DNA of 63,743 nucleotides, filler included, from Octopus bimaculoides (lineage: Eukaryota): the NCBI RefSeq assembly GCF_001194135.2. It is 5 parts of 5 records of this genome, joined end to end, with 100 filler letters (N's around TTAATTAATTAA, not from the genome) between each part and the next. Parts side by side here need not be neighbours in the genome. Positions count along the whole stretch, not along the records: positions 1 to 11,906 come from NC_068983.1; positions 12,007 to 23,858 come from NC_068985.1; 3 more parts are not named here. One strand, given 5' to 3'. Under the pieces are notes generated by a model. It had not been told where the DNA came from. It saw only the letters and a program-made list of their open reading frames with translations, and did no database searches. Every line of letters starts with the position of its first letter. Positions within the stretch are counted from its first letter, which is position 1. The position numbers were made by a program, and so were the translations under genes. Positions 1 to 13,260 of the stretch are shown piece by piece.

Positions 1-2015
1 TTATCCCCATTTTTATTTTTTTACTTTATTTCCGTCCCCATCGAAAAGAAAAAAACTCTACATTTGTATTTTGTCCCCTCTATGTTGAGCCCTGTGTGGC
101 TAATAAAAGAAATGTATCTTTCTATCTATCTATCTACCTATCTATCAATCTATCTATATATCTATCTGTTTGTCTGTCTGGCTCCCTATCCACCTATCTA
201 TCTATCTATCCATCTATCTCTCNNNNNNNNNNNNNNNNNNNNNNNNNNNNNNNNNNNNNNNNNNNNNNNNNNNNNNNNNNNNNNNNNNNNNNNNNNNNNN
301 NNNNNNNNNNNNNNNNNNNNNNNNNNNNNNNNNNNNNNNNNNNNNNNNNNNNNNNNNNNNNNNNNNNNNNNNNNNNNNNNNNNNNNNNNNNNNNNNNNNN
401 NNNNNNNNNNNNNNNNNNNNNNNNNNNNNNNNNNNNNNNNNNNNNNNNNNNNNNNNNNNNNNNNNNNNNNNNNNNNNNNNNNNNNNNNNNNNNNNNNNNN
501 NNNNNNNNNNNNNNNNNNNNNNNNNNNNNNNNNNNNNNNNNNNNNNNNNNNNNNNNNNNNNNNNNNNNNNNNNNNNNNNNNNNNNNNNNNNNNNNNNNNN
601 NNNNNNNNNNNNNNNNNNNNNNNNNNNNNNNNNNNNCCCTGTGTGGCTAATAAAAGAAATGTATCTATCTATCTGTCTATCTATCTTTCTACCAAACATC
701 CACTTAACTGTCTTTCTTCAACTTGCCTTCCCCTATCCTCAACATTCAAAGTTTCTTGTATTCACTTAAAACAAAAGCATTTTCTTTTCTTGTCTCTTCG
801 TTGCAGCAATTCAATCCGCGTTTCTGAAACTCGACTAAATTCGTTATTCCATTTTACTGTTAATTTCTGGAACACACACACACACACACACAGACACACA
901 CACACAGACACACACACATGCACGCACATATATATATGAAGGAATAAAGAAAACCGTTATTTTTTCTTTCGGTTCTTACATAATGTTTCTTCCCTTCCTT
1001 TTTTTCCTTTTTTCCTTCCTTTTTTTTCTTTCTTTCTCTTTTTTTGTCGAGTCTTCTGTTCCTTAATTTTCCTTACTTCTCTCTGCCTTATNNNNNNNNN
1101 NNNNNNNNNNNNNNNNNNNNNNNNNNNNNNNNNNNNNNNNNNNNNNNNNNNNNNNNNNNNNNNNNNNNNNNNNNNNNNNNNNNNNNNNNNNNNNNNNNNN
1201 NNNNNNNNNNNNNNNNNNNNNNNNNNNNNNNNNNNNNNNNNNNNNNNNNNNNNNNNNNNNNNNNNNNNNNNNNNNNNNNNNNNNNNNNNNNNNNNNNNNN
1301 NNNNNNNNNNNNNNNNNNNNNNNNNNNNNNNNNNNNNNNNNNNNNNNNNNNNNNNNNNNNNNNNNNNNNNNNNNNNNNNNNNNNNNNNNNNNNNNNNNNN
1401 NNNNNNNNNNNNNNNNNNNNNNNNNNNNNNNNNNNNNNNNNNNNNNNNNNNNNNNNNNNNNNNNNNNNNNNNNNNNNNNNNNNNNNNNNNNNNNNNNNNN
1501 NNNNNNNNNNNNNNNNNNNNNNNNNNNNNNNNNNNNNNNNNNNNNNNNNNNNNNNNNNNNNNNNNNNNNNNNNNNNNNNNNNNNNNNNNNNNNNNNNNNN
1601 NNNNNNNNNNNNNNNNNNNNNNNNNNNNNNNNNNNNNNNNNNNNNNNNNNNNNNNNNNNNNNNNNNNNNNNNNNNNNNNNNNNNNNNNNNNNNNNNNNNN
1701 NNNNNNNNNNNNNNNNNNNNNNNNNNNNNNNNNNNNNNNNNNNNNNNNNNNNNNNNNNNNNNNNNNNNNNNNNNNNNNNNNNNNNNNNNNNNNNNNNNNN
1801 NNNNNNNNNNNNNNNNNNNNNNNNNNNNNNNNNNNNNNNNNNNNNNNNNNNNNNNTGTGAATGAATGTGCATATCTGTTGCATCCTTTCTCATTATATAC
1901 ACCTCCCCCTGTCCCTCACTTCTCTCTGCCTATTTTTCTCTTTACCTCTTTTTCTCTCTCTTCTTTTCTCTCATTTGCATCCTTGTTTACTTTAGTCTCC
2001 TTTATATGTGTGTGC

Positions 2016-2050
<35 letters not shown>

Positions 2051-2727
2051 TGCGCGCGCCTGCGCGTGCATATACGTGTGTGTGTGTCCTCCTTTGACTT
2101 TCTATTTATGTTTATCTGTTTATCTCTCTCTTTCTCTCGCTATCACCCTCTCTCTCTCTCTCTTTGCCTCCCCCATTTTTCTCTATCACTGAACTCTCTC
2201 TCTCTCTCTCTCTCTCTCCCTCTCTCTATCTCTCTCTCCCCCTCCCTCTCTCTCTCTTTCTTCCACCTCCAGTCCCTTTATTTTCTCTCCCTCAATGAAT
2301 TTTTCTCTCATACGCTCTTCCTTTCTCGCTATACCAGTCCCACTTCTCTTAAGTCTCTCTTTCTTTCTCTCCCTCCCTCCCCCTCTCTCTATCTCCGTCC
2401 CTCTCTCTCCTTCCGTCTCCTCAACCATTAAATCTTGTTAACACTAAACACCACCCCACCCCAACTCTATCACTTTTACACAAGATTGAATTTGTTCCAT
2501 ACACCAATTCCATTACACAATAAAGTTACACAAACACACCACAAACTCACACACAATACATACATACACACACACTCATACATCGCACATGATACATACA
2601 CATGCAAAATACATCCATACACACACTTATCAACACATACACTTATAATACATACACATAAAGAAGTCTCTCTCGCGCGCGCACACACACAATCATTAAT
2701 TTCACTTGAAGAATTTTCTTTTCGCAG

Positions 2728-2830
2728 TTTAGCGGTAAAGATGGCTGTAAAAGGGATGAGATGGGGGCTGGAAGAAGCAGGGGATAATGGAGTGAAGAAG
2801 TTCTTGAATCGTAATTTCTTATACTCTGAA
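2728..2830 (+). CDS. candidate internal exon of an unidentified gene (xLAVKMAVKGMRWGLEEAGDNGVKKFLNRNFLYSE)
   Basis: Acceptor ttttcttttcgcag, open frame in non-repetitive sequence, donor GAA|gtaaac (phase 0 out) compatible with the next candidate exon. No family recognised. Confidence 0.4.
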
Positions 2831-4087
2831 GTAAACAACAAAAGTTGATAGATATAAATGAAATAAAGCAAAAAACAACAAAAAAAAAAGCAAACAAAAA
2901 AACGAAGAGAAACAGATAAACGAAGGCAAAATACGAATAATANNNNNNNNNNNNNNNNNNNNNNNNNNNNNNNNNNNNNNNNNNNNNNNNNNNNNNNNNN
3001 NNNNNNNNNNNNNNNNNNNNNNNNNNNNNNNNNNNNNNNNNNNNNNNNNNNNNNNNNNNNNNNNNNNNNNNNNNNNNNNNNNNNNNNNNNNNNNNNNNNN
3101 NNNNNNNNNNNNNNNNNNNNNNNNNNNNNNNNNNNNNNNNNNNNNNNNNNNNNNNNNNNNNNNNNNNNNNNNNNNNNNNNNNNNNNNNNNNNNNNNNNNN
3201 NNNNNNNNNNNNNNNNNNNNNNNNNNNNNNNNNNNNNNNNNNNNNNNNNNNNNNNNNNNNNNNNNNNNNNNNNNNNNNNNNNNNNNNNNNNNNNNNNNNN
3301 NNNNNNNNNNNNNNNNNNNNNNNNNNNNNNNNNNNNNNNNNNNNNNNNNNNNNNNNNNNNNNNNNNNNNNNNNNNNNNNNNNNNNNNNNNNNNNNNNNNN
3401 NNNNNNNNNNNNNNNNNNNNNNNNNNNNNNNNNNNNNNNNNNNNNNNNNNNNNNNNNNNNNNNNNNNNNNNNNNNNNNNNNNNNNNNNNNNNNNNNNNNN
3501 NNNNNNNNNNNNNNNNNNNNNNNNNNNNNNNNNNNNNNNNNNNNNNNNNNNNNNNNNNNNNNNNNNNNNNNNNNNNNNNNNNNNNNNNNNNNNNNNNNNN
3601 NNNNNNNNNNNNNNNNNNNNNNNNNNNNNNNNNNNNNNNNNNNNNNNNNNNNNNNNNNNNNNNNNNNNNNNNNNNNNNNNNNNNNNNNNNNNNNNNNNNN
3701 NNNNNNNNNNNNNNNNNNNNNNNNNNNNNNNNNNNNNNNNNNNNNNNNNNNNNNNNNNNNNNNNNNNNNNNNNNNNNNNNNNNNNNNNNNNNNNNNNNNN
3801 NNNNNNNNNNNNNNNNNNNNNNNNNNNNNNNNNNNNNNCAATACCACCACCACCAATACCACCACCAATACCACCACCACCACCACCACCACCAATACCA
3901 CCACCAATACCACCAGCATTATAAAAAGACCAGCAACATCAAGACCAGCAACACCACCATCCCCAACAACAACAACGCCACCACCAGCACCAGTGCCACC
4001 ACCACCAAAACCAACACCATCCATCAACACAACATCAACAACATCAACAACGTGTTTATCTCTTCTACCTGTGTTATTCTTTCAAAG

Positions 4088-4190
4088 ATTTTTACAGAAA
4101 TAAACAGATCTGATATGATTTCTCAGTTTTCCAAGAGCGTAACAGTTTGGATGGTTGAACGTGGAGGATGTGATGCTGGCTGGACGGATG
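4088..4190 (+). CDS. candidate internal exon of the same gene (IFTEINRSDMISQFSKSVTVWMVERGGCDAGWTD)
   Basis: Acceptor gttattctttcaaag, phase 0 in, 34 open codons, donor GATG|gttagg (phase 1 out). Island of complex sequence between microsatellites. Confidence 0.4.
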
Positions 4191-4269
4191 GTTAGGTGAG
4201 CTCTGAACTCCATTACATCCTTTTCCGACCATATTAAGCGTAAAAGTGGGAAAATTAAAGTGTAACAGC

Positions 4270-5140
4270 TATGTATGTATGTATGTATGTATGTATGTAT
4301 GTATGCATGTATGTATGTATGCATGTATGTATGTATGCATGTATGTATGTGTGTATGCATGTATGTATGTATGTATGTATGCATGTATGCATGTATGTAT
4401 GTATGTATGCATGTATGTATGTATGTATGCATGTATGTATGTATGTATGCATGTATGTATGTATGCATGTANNNNNNNNNNNNNNNNNNNNNNNNNNNNN
4501 NNNNNNNNNNNNNNNNNNNNNNNNNNNNNNNNNNNNNNNNNNNNNNNNNNNNNNNNNNNNNNNNNNNNNNNNNNNNNNNNNNNNNNNNNNNNNNNNNNNN
4601 NNNNNNNNNNNNNNNNNNNNNNNNNNNNNNNNNNNNNNNNNNNNNNNNNNNNNNNNNNNNNNNNNNNNNNNNNNNNNNNNNNNNNNNNNNNNNNNNNNNN
4701 NNNNNNNNNNNNNNNNNNNNNNNNNNNNNNNNNNNNNNNNNNNNNNNNNNNNNNNNNNNNNNNNNNNNNNNNNNNNNNNNNNNNNNNNNNNNNNNNNNNN
4801 NNNNNNNNNNNNNNNNNNNNNNNNNNNNNNNNNNNNNNNNNNNNNNNNNNNNNNNNNNNNNNNNNNNNNNNNNNNNNCATGTATGTATGCATGTATGTAT
4901 GTATGTATCTGTGCGTGTATGTATGTATGTATGTATGTATATATGCATGTATGTATGCATGTATGTATGCATGTATGTATGTATGTATGTATGCATGTGT
5001 GTATGTATGCATGTATGTATGTATGTATGCATGTATGCATGTATGTATGTATGTATGCATGTATGTATGCATGTATGTATGCATGTATGTATGCATGTAT
5101 GTATGCATGTATGTATGTATGTATGTATGTATGTATGTGT
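4270..5140. repeat. (ATGT)n/(ATGC) tetranucleotide microsatellite spanning a gap
   Basis: Direct reading. Source of the MYVC/HTYI ORFs. Confidence 0.95.
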
Positions 5141-5344
5141 TGTGTGTTGTGTTGTGTATTGTGTTGTGTGTGTGTGTATGTGTGTGCATTGAGTCTTTGT
5201 GTGTGTATTGTGTGTGTATATATATGTGTGTGTGCATGTGTGCATTGTATAATGAGATTGATGTATGGAATGACATAACTTGAAATAAACTCGGAATAGT
5301 GGAAGAGGAAGTGTTAAGCAGATTTAATGGATGAGAAAAGATTG

Positions 5345-5800
5345 GGAGAGAGAGAGAGATAGGGAGAGAGAGAGAGAGAGAGGGAGAGCATGAGAGAGAC
5401 ACTGAGAGAGAGAGAGAGACACTGAGAGAGAGAGACACACACTGAGAGAGAGAGAGAGAGACACTGAGAGTGAGAGAGACACTGAGAGAGAGAGAGACAT
5501 TGAGAGAGAGAGAGACACTGACAGAGAGAGAGACACTGAGAGAGAGAGAAACACTGAGAGAGAGAGAGAGAGAGACTGAGAGAGAAAGAGACACTGAGAG
5601 AGAGAGAGAGACATTGAGAGAGAGAGACACTGAGAGAGAGAGAGATACTGAGAGAGAGAGACACTGAGAGAGAGAGACACACTGAGAGAGATAGAGACAT
5701 TGAGAGAGAGAGAGAGACACTGAGAGAGAGAGAAACACTGAGAGAGAGACACTGAGAGAGAGAGAGAGAGACACTGAGAGAGAAAGAAACAAAGAGTGAA
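5345..5800. repeat. (GA)n microsatellite with periodic CACT/CATT interruptions
   Basis: Recurrent gagagagagacactga units. Confidence 0.9.
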
Positions 5801-7240
5801 AGAAAGAAAGAGAGAGAGAGGGAGAAAGAAAGAGAGAGAAAGAGACACCGCAGGAGAGAGACTGAGAGAGGGAAAGAAAGGGAGAGAGTTTGAGAAGCAT
5901 GGATGAGAAGAGAGAAATGGCGAGTGTTATGGGGCAAAAGTAATATAGAGAAGATTAAACAGTTGTAGAAGAGGAAAAAATAGAAACGATAAAGGAAATA
6001 GTGAGAAGGATGAGGAAGAAAAAGAAGAAGAAGAAGAAGAAGAAGAAGAAGGAGGAGGAGGAGGAAGGAGAGGGGGAGAGGAAGTACTAGAGAGAGGAAA
6101 GCAAAGAGATGAGAAAGAGAAGCGGGTGGAAAAGAGAAAAAAATGGGGAGACGAAGCAAAGGAGAGGAGAAAACAAAAGGAATAGATAGAAAGAGTAGTG
6201 TAAAAAAAGATGGGAAGTGAAAGAGTAAAAGTAATGGAGAGAGAGAGGGGGGCGGAGGGAAAGAGAGAGAGGAGACAGAGAGAAAGAGAGAGGGAGACAG
6301 AGAGAAAGAGAGAGGGGATACAGAAAGAAAGAGAGAGGGGAGACAAAGAGAAAGAGAGAGGGGAGACGGAGAGAAAGAGAGAGGGGAGACGGAGAGAAAG
6401 AGAGAGGGGAGACAGAGAGAAAGAGAGAGGGGAGACAGAGAGAAAGAGAGAGGGATACAGAAAGAAAGAGAGAGGGGAGACAGAGAGAAAGAGAGAGGGG
6501 AGACAGAGAGAAGGGAGACAGAGAGAAAGAGAGAGGGGAGGGGGAGAAGCGGAGAGAAAGAGGACTTTTGCTAAAAAGCAAAGGAAGGAGAGATGAAAAC
6601 AGAAAGCCTGTGAGAGGGGAAAAAGAGAGATGCGCGCGCGCGCGCGCACACACACACACGCACACACACGCACACACGCACGCACGCACGCACGCTCCAT
6701 AAATATGGAAAGCAAGGGATGTGAGAAAGTGGGAAGTGACAAAAATAGAATCCAATGATAGATTGGAAAAAAAGGAGAGATTGAATAAGAGAGAGAGACA
6801 AGTATAAAGTAAAGAGTGAAACATTTTGAGACATAGGCATACACATACACACAAAAACGTGTGTATACATACATGCATATGTACCGCGACTGCGTGCGTG
6901 TGCACGCAAACATACACGCACGAATGCAAGCATGCAAAGCATGCAAAGCACGCCCGTAAACGTGCACGCATGCACGCAAATACTCGCACGCAGCCACGCA
7001 GATGAAAAGCTGAAAAGCAAGCAAACGTGCACAGAAGTGAGACAGAGAGGGAGAAAGAGAAAGAGAGGGAGAGGGAGGGGCGGATGGAAGAGAGAGATAG
7101 AGAGGGGTAGAAGAGAGAGAGAGAAAGAGTGAGTGACTGCACGAGCGACAGAGATAAGGGAAAGTGAGACACGCGCGCTCACACGCACACAAGCACAAAC
7201 ACGCACAGACACGCACGCACGTCGGTATACACAGTGGAGA

Positions 7241-7283
<43 letters not shown>

Positions 7284-7344
7284 NNNNNNNNNNNNNNNNN
7301 NNNNNNNNNNNNNNNNNNNNNNNNNNNNNNNNNNNNNAGAGAGG

Positions 7345-7380
<36 letters not shown>

Positions 7381-7971
7381 GAGAGAGACTGCAGGAGTCA
7401 CAGATATAGCGGAGAGTGACATACGCACGCGAGTGCGCACACACACACACATACATGCAAACATAGGCACACACATGCAGACACACACGCACGTGGATAT
7501 ACAGAGTGGAGAGGGCGCGAAAGAGTGAGAGAGAGACAGACAAAGAAAGAGACAGAGGGAAAGAGAGAGAGAGAGACAGAAAGAGAAGTGAGAGAGAGAG
7601 AGAGAGAAAGAGGCGTATAGAGATGCAAATGCTGTATTGCCGACTATACACCATTGTAGTTGCAGCATGCACTAAAGTAGAATGCAGTAAAGCATAATTT
7701 CTCTGTGAACTTGCAATAACAGCTGCACTAAATCTTCAATAGCAGTCATATGATGACAACCGCTTCTTTGCTCAAAATTTATCTTCTTTTTTTTTCTTTT
7801 TCTAGAACAAACTTTTCTCTTTCATTTTTATTGTTCCTTTCTTTCATTTGTTTTTGTATTTTTGTTTATATACTTTTTTCCTACTCTTTTTCCAAGCTTT
7901 GGAACATGTTGCTGCTACTGCTGTTGACGCAGCTTTTGTTGTCGCCGTTTTGTTCTCATTCTTTTCTGCTC

Positions 7972-8392
7972 TAGGTATAAGGCTCGAAATTTTGGGGGGA
8001 GGGGACCTGTCGAATAGATCGACTCTAGTACGTAAGTGGTACTTAATTTATCGATTCCCGAAAGGATGAAAGGCAAAGTCGACCTCGGTGGAATTCGAAC
8101 TCAGAACGTAAAGACTGACAAAATACCGCTAAGCATTTCGTCCGGCGTGCTAATGTTTCTCATTTCTTTACTGCCCACAAGGGGCTACACACAGAGGGGA
8201 CAAACAAGGACAGACAAAGGGATTAAGTCGATTACATCGACTCCCAGTGCTTAACTGGTACTTAATTTATCGACCTCGAAAGGATGAAAAGCAAAGTCGA
8301 CCTCAGCGGTATTCGAACTCAGAACGTAAGGATTGACAAAATACCGCTAAGCATTTCGTCCAGCGTGCTAACGTTTCTGCCAGCTCGCTGCC
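7972..8392 (-). mobile_element. two tandem copies of a tRNA-type SINE (family A; core gcctttcatcctttcggggtcgataaattaagtacc)
   Basis: Two similar units (about 7972-8160 and 8170-8392). B-box-like gagttcgaattcc on the minus strand. Same family at 18205-18410(-), 18737-18950(+), 60818-61025(-), 61158-61360(+). Confidence 0.8.
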
Positions 8393-10374
8393 TTCTCTTT
8401 TTTTTTGTTCATATTGTTGATGTTGATGTTGTTGATGAAGTTATTGTTCTTGATATTGTTATTGTTGTCCTTTGGTTGTTGTTGTTGTTGTTGTTTAGTT
8501 TCACAAAGTTGGCACGGCACTGATCGAGTAGATCTTTGAATCATAGGCGTTCCAACTGAGGCAATCGCATCTTATTTTGAGACGTTGTGTTTCTAGGATT
8601 TTAGTATCTAATGAGATACTTTAAGTCAGTAAGGTGTGATTATAAGGACATTTTTGCCGATGTCTCAAGCAAAGATTATACAAATAATTTATTGTAGGTA
8701 CATGTTGGGGTGCTTGTGTTGTCTAGCTCTGGGGGTCATTTTTGGTCAAAGTAGAACTGTGATCCAAAACATTCCAGCTGTTGACCATTTCGTCACTACC
8801 TCTGCAGTTGATCCAGGAGATTTGAGGGAAATTTGGTTCTTATTTCTAGCATGTCGAAAAATCTCGTAGAGGACCCCTCATTGTTTCATGTTACTTTGGT
8901 GGTTGGCCCTGAACGAGCAGGTCTACAATCAAAAGCGTTTCATCCGTAACTACTCAATTCTTTTTGTATATCTAGGTGTATCCAATGCTGACTTTCGCTC
9001 AGACTGCAGGTGAAATTTTGGGAGGTGGATGAGGGTACATATAGGTGCTATTTCTAGCATTTCGTGTGACCACATAAGCCCCCCCCCCCTCCTCATTGCC
9101 TTGTGGCTGGCTTCAATGTGGTTTCTGGAACTGTTTAGAAATTATAGCTAAATCTCCTCCAAAGCAGACTTTACCGTCTTAGAAAATAAAGGACACCAAT
9201 AATATAGCATATTGACTATTAGTTGTTGTTGCTAATGTTGTTATTCAATCCTAGGTCAGCACTGACCAAGCATATCTTTGATCAAAGCATTCTAACCGTG
9301 ACCATCACTTCTTTTTTCTCATGTGCAGAGAAACCAGAGTAAAATTATCCAGGATCTTTTTCTGAAACAATACGATTTGATTTGATAGAAATTTGGTGAT
9401 AATTTCAAGAAGGTCAAACGATCTCCAAAGAGCGCCCTTGCTGCTGTTGAATCCCTAATTTGGCCTTAATAAAAAAGGGTTATACCGGTTTCCGTCTCTT
9501 CTTTTTAAATATGTAATATATCCAGTTCTATATTATCTTAAATACAAATTGTTTTCTTTGGTAAAGTGCGACTTGAAGGCTATTTGAAGAGGAACCTCTT
9601 AAGAGGCTTCTCTTTAGCTCTTACTCGAGCAGAGCTGACCTGGGAGTATATAACAACTCTTAGTCTGTTCTGATCAAGTAGACCTATGATCAAAGACTTT
9701 TCAGCTATGACTACCTCATCTTATTTTCCTGGCATCGGATCAAAGACTACATCCGTTATCCAATGTGGTCTTGCGCATTTTTAAGGTAAGATTTGAGGGA
9801 CCTTTGACCGCTATTTTTACCTGAGCAAGTGGACACTTAGCAATGTCGTTCACATATCTTTGACTTTTGGCTATTGTTGTTTAGCCCATGCTGTCCATGA
9901 TCCAACAGACCTAACACCAAAGGTATCCCAACAATAACCATCCCATGAAAATACATTTCACGCTCTATTCCCTTTCTTTTTAAAATTTAATTTAATCTTA
10001 ATACTCTAACGTATGATTTAAGAGAAACCCATTTTTAAAAGGTTGAGCGACTATTTAGAGGTTTTCTCATCGAATTCTTGTTTTCTTAGTTTTTTTTTTT
10101 CTTAACCGAAATAGATAAGTTAATTTAGAGCACCGAACCAAATGCATTACAACAGCAAAGTGGTGCCCCAGCTAAGTCAGAGTCCAATGACAGAATCAAG
10201 TAAACGATAAAAGACTTTAAAAAGTTTAATTCATTCTCAGTTCTGAACGATATTGTCTTGTTTTTCATTCCGTTGCGCTTTGAGTTCAAATCTTTGCTGA
10301 GGTGAACTTTACCTTTCAACCTGTTAAAGTCTGCGTGTATGTGTGTGTGTATGTATGTATGTATGTATGTATGT

Positions 10375-10845
10375 GTCTCCTATTTCTTAATTATTATAAA
10401 TCTTCCACTGACGAGAATGCCGGTTTCCAACAAAGATACAAGACTCCATATTTGGGATGTAGTTAACACACACAAATTCAAATTCGGAACTTGAGAAAAG
10501 TCTAGCATATTTTTACTGTTCCACTCACAGATTGCTCTTGTAATGTACGAGCTTGCCGGTCGCTTTCTCTTTCTGAAAATCCCAGTTTATCCAAATTCTC
10601 CTTTAAGTATTTACTAACAAAATCTAGTGCTCCAATTATTATTGGTATGAATATGAATTCATAGACTGGATATAGACTGGTTTCGAAGCTGTTGTCCATA
10701 GATATCCTCTTCTTCATTCATTTTCAAAGAGATATTTCTATCTACAGGACAGCTGACCTCTATGACGACACATACCTTTGCCCCTCTGTCCCAAACAACA
10801 ATATCTGGACTCTTACGTTTACATTTGACAGAAATTTTGATGGGA

Positions 10846-10847
<2 letters not shown>
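10375..10847 (-). mobile_element. 5'-truncated R4/Dong-like RLE non-LTR retrotransposon in a (CATA)n tract
   Basis: Minus-strand translation KSPDIVVWDRGAKVCVVIEVSCPVD...IPIIIGALDFV...SGTVKIC matches the PD-(D/E)xK RLE domain and the ORF end at 31900-32220. (ATGT)n on both flanks. Confidence 0.85.
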
Positions 10848-10876
<29 letters not shown>

Positions 10877-11183
10877 TGCATGTATGTATGTATCTTTCTC
10901 TTCCTTCCTCTCTCTCTCTATCTATCTATCTATCAATCTATCTATCTATCTATCAAATCTGTTCTGTTATGTTGTTTTATTCTGTTCTATTCTATCTGAC
11001 TCTCTCCCTCTCTCTCCCGTTCTCTCTTTCTCTCTCTTTCGCTTTTTTCTCTCTTTCTCACTCGCTCTCGTTCTTTCTCTTTCCCTTTTTCTGAGTGAGT
11101 GTGTGTTTGTGTGTGTGTGTGTGCGTGTGTGTGTGTGTGCGTGCGCGCGCGCGTGTCTGTGTGTGTGTGCATGTGTGAATTAG

Positions 11184-11458
11184 CTACGCTGAAGAGAGAC
11201 AAGAAAGGCACGTTCACACTGCAACCCCACCAATCATATGACCCCTTATTATTTATGAGGGCACGACAACGATTGGATGAATTCTGGTTCGAAGAACTAA
11301 AACTTCACAAAGCCAACAACAGCAACAACATCAAAAACGACGATTCAATGAAGAAACCTCAACCCAATCATTCAATCTTTTGGAAACAACAGCTGCATTC
11401 TACACTCAAATCACACACTACTATCTATAAAATAGGAAATGCATTTCTAGATACATAG
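11184..11458 (+). CDS. candidate terminal exon of the unidentified upstream gene (ATLKRDKKGTFTLQPHQSYDPLLFMRARQRLDEFWFEEL...NAFLDT*)
   Basis: gaattag| acceptor in phase 1 matching the previous candidate exon, about 90 open non-repetitive codons, TAG stop, AATAAA at 11634-11639. Acceptor is weak (preceded by a GT repeat). Confidence 0.35.
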
Positions 11459-11872
11459 TATGGTCATGGTCGTAAACGCTTTTAATCTAGGTCTACTCGA
11501 TCAGACCATATCTCAACAACAACAACAGAAACAACAACAACAACAACAGAAACTACTTACGCATCCCTCCCTATTACACTGCCATAGGTATGTAGAGTAG
11601 AAAAAGGATTAGAGAAATGCTAGGCGTAATCAGAATAAACATGGTATTGACAACATTCTAGGATCGAATGAACGAGATAAGTGTGACGGTTTGATATGTA
11701 TTCTTTGTTTTGTTTATATGTGTGCGTGTGTGCGAGTGTGCGTGTTTAACTTATGTATGTTTGGGGTTGTTCGCTTTTACTTTCTATTTTTTTTACCAAG
11801 TTTCGTTCTTATCAGCTCTGGAGAAAAGTTGTCTGTTTATAATATGAGGAGATGAAGTAAAGGTTGAGTTGA

Positions 11873-11906
<34 letters not shown>

Positions 11907-11950
11907 NNNNNNNNNNNNNNNNNNNNNNNNNNNNNNNNNNNNNNNNNNNN

Positions 11951-11962
11951 TTAATTAATTAA
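11951..11962. other. assembly gap linker TTAATTAATTAA (44 N + 12 + 44 N = 100 bp); also 23903-23914, 54882-54893, 61840-61851
   Basis: Identical palindromic 12-mer with stops in all six frames, centred in N runs four times. 44-N flanks counted for the first two. Artificial. Confidence 0.95.
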
Positions 11963-12006
11963 NNNNNNNNNNNNNNNNNNNNNNNNNNNNNNNNNNNNNN
12001 NNNNNN

Positions 12007-12192
12007 ATGTTGCCGTGTGCTCGAACTCTGCAAGAAGTTAAAAACATTTTTTTACTAAAACACAACTGGAACCCTAAGTAAGGCATGTGTAAAATTCGAA
12101 TGAAATTGGTTGCGTAGTTCTCGAGTTTTAGGGATTCACACAGACAGACAGACAGACAGACAGACACACATTCTCATTTTTATATATATAGA
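12007..12192 (-). mobile_element. 5' end of a non-autonomous Helitron (same family as 46765-48203)
   Basis: Minus strand begins A|TCTATATATATAAAAATGAGAATGTGTGTCTG and matches 46765-46960 closely. Runs into a gap. Confidence 0.8.
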
Positions 12193-12480
12193 TGTTTCCT
12201 CTGATGTAACTGTGAAAGAAGAGATGTTGGACTTAATGGCATTAAAAGAAACAATTCGTGGTGTTGACATTAAAAATGCGCTTGACAGAACCTTAATAAA
12301 TGCTGATGTTCAACTGAATAAATTCGTCAGTGTTGCAACAGATGGAGCAGCTGCAATGGTGAGAAAAATGTAGGATTAATTGCACTTATAGAAAATGATC
12401 CCAACTTTCCAGAGTTTCTCTCTGTTCATTGCATTATTCCTCGTGAACACCTGGCAGCCAGATACTTGAAGTATGAAGCA
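12193..12480 (+). mobile_element. hAT (SPIN/GTF2IRD2-like) transposase fragment, decayed
   Basis: EEMLDLMALKETIRGVDI...FVSVATDGAAAMV, then after a frameshift VGLIALI...HCIIPREHLAA, matching the hAT motifs TTDGAPAM and HCxxH. Confidence 0.85.
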
Positions 12481-12729
12481 TCGGTTCGGCAAAGGATATC
12501 GATAGAATTAGTACCAGACTTTAAACAAATAAGTACTGGGGTCGATTCATTCGACCAAAATATTCTTCGAGTCGGTGCCCTTTCATGGCCACAATCTACA
12601 GACTGAAGTTGGTCTGCACGAATGCCCGAGGCCATCTGGCTGAGTTAGGGCCCAAACGGTTTTTATAAGGTGAAAAGTAGGCGAATTTTGATAGCCCAAG
12701 AAGCCGTATCATGCCACAGCTTCACGCTG

Positions 12730-12746
12730 ATTGGTCAATCACGTGA
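12730..12746. promoter_or_regulatory. CCAAT (ATTGG) plus palindromic E-box TCACGTGA pair
   Basis: Motifs at 12730-12734 and 12739-12746. Function not shown. Confidence 0.3.
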
Positions 12747-13038
12747 AACTGCAATGGCTTTTTAATGATCCCTAACTGAATATCTTGTGGTTGGGGTTCG
12801 AATCTCTACACTTTCCTGTTTCTTCTCATAACGTGGTACAACTCCTATATAGCTTTGTTGTCATCAAGGGTCATCGGGACCTGGCTGCTCATTCATGCAG
12901 ACCCTCCACCCCGCCCCACCCAGTCAACCACATGTTACCACCGCGCTCACAATGTAGCATAATGAGAGGAAGGTGGGGGTGGCGATCTGCCTGGGGGATG
13001 CTTTTATGGAGTAGGCACTTTTGGGTTTGTTGTATAAG

Positions 13039-13260
13039 CCTGTCCTTGAGGATTCAAAATAGCCAGTATCTCGTTTAGCATCACAGGTATATGAGAACCT
13101 TTAGTATCTTGTGGTCTCTTTACTTGACACACGTGCTCGGTGGAGCAGAAACGATAATTTGGCAACAGCTTGGAATTCAACGGTCGCTGAAGCCGTAAAC
13201 AAAAGCCTATAACAACAGTTTGATGCATTCTAAAATGATACATAATATTGGAAATGTAAC
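13039..13260 (-). pseudogene. METTL15: inverted partial duplicate of METTL15 exon 1
   Basis: Reverse complement aligns to 13950-14156 with about 8 substitutions and indels of +15, +3 and -3 nt. Encodes ...HIPVMLNEILAILNPQGQ, then unrelated sequence. Donor GTGAG replaced by GCTTAT. Confidence 0.9.

Noticed and set aside
87-664. Repeat of ccctgtgtggctaataaaagaaatgtatct on both sides of a gap
   Set aside because: Most simply a LINE-like 3' end duplicated by contig overlap or tandem copy. Cannot be resolved across the Ns.
64-7700. Many long ORFs (MYVC, SLSL, ERER, HTYI repeats, poly-X); similar ones at 35717-38495, 47055-48048, 55649-60742
   Set aside because: Translations of microsatellites and N gaps, which lack stop codons by composition.
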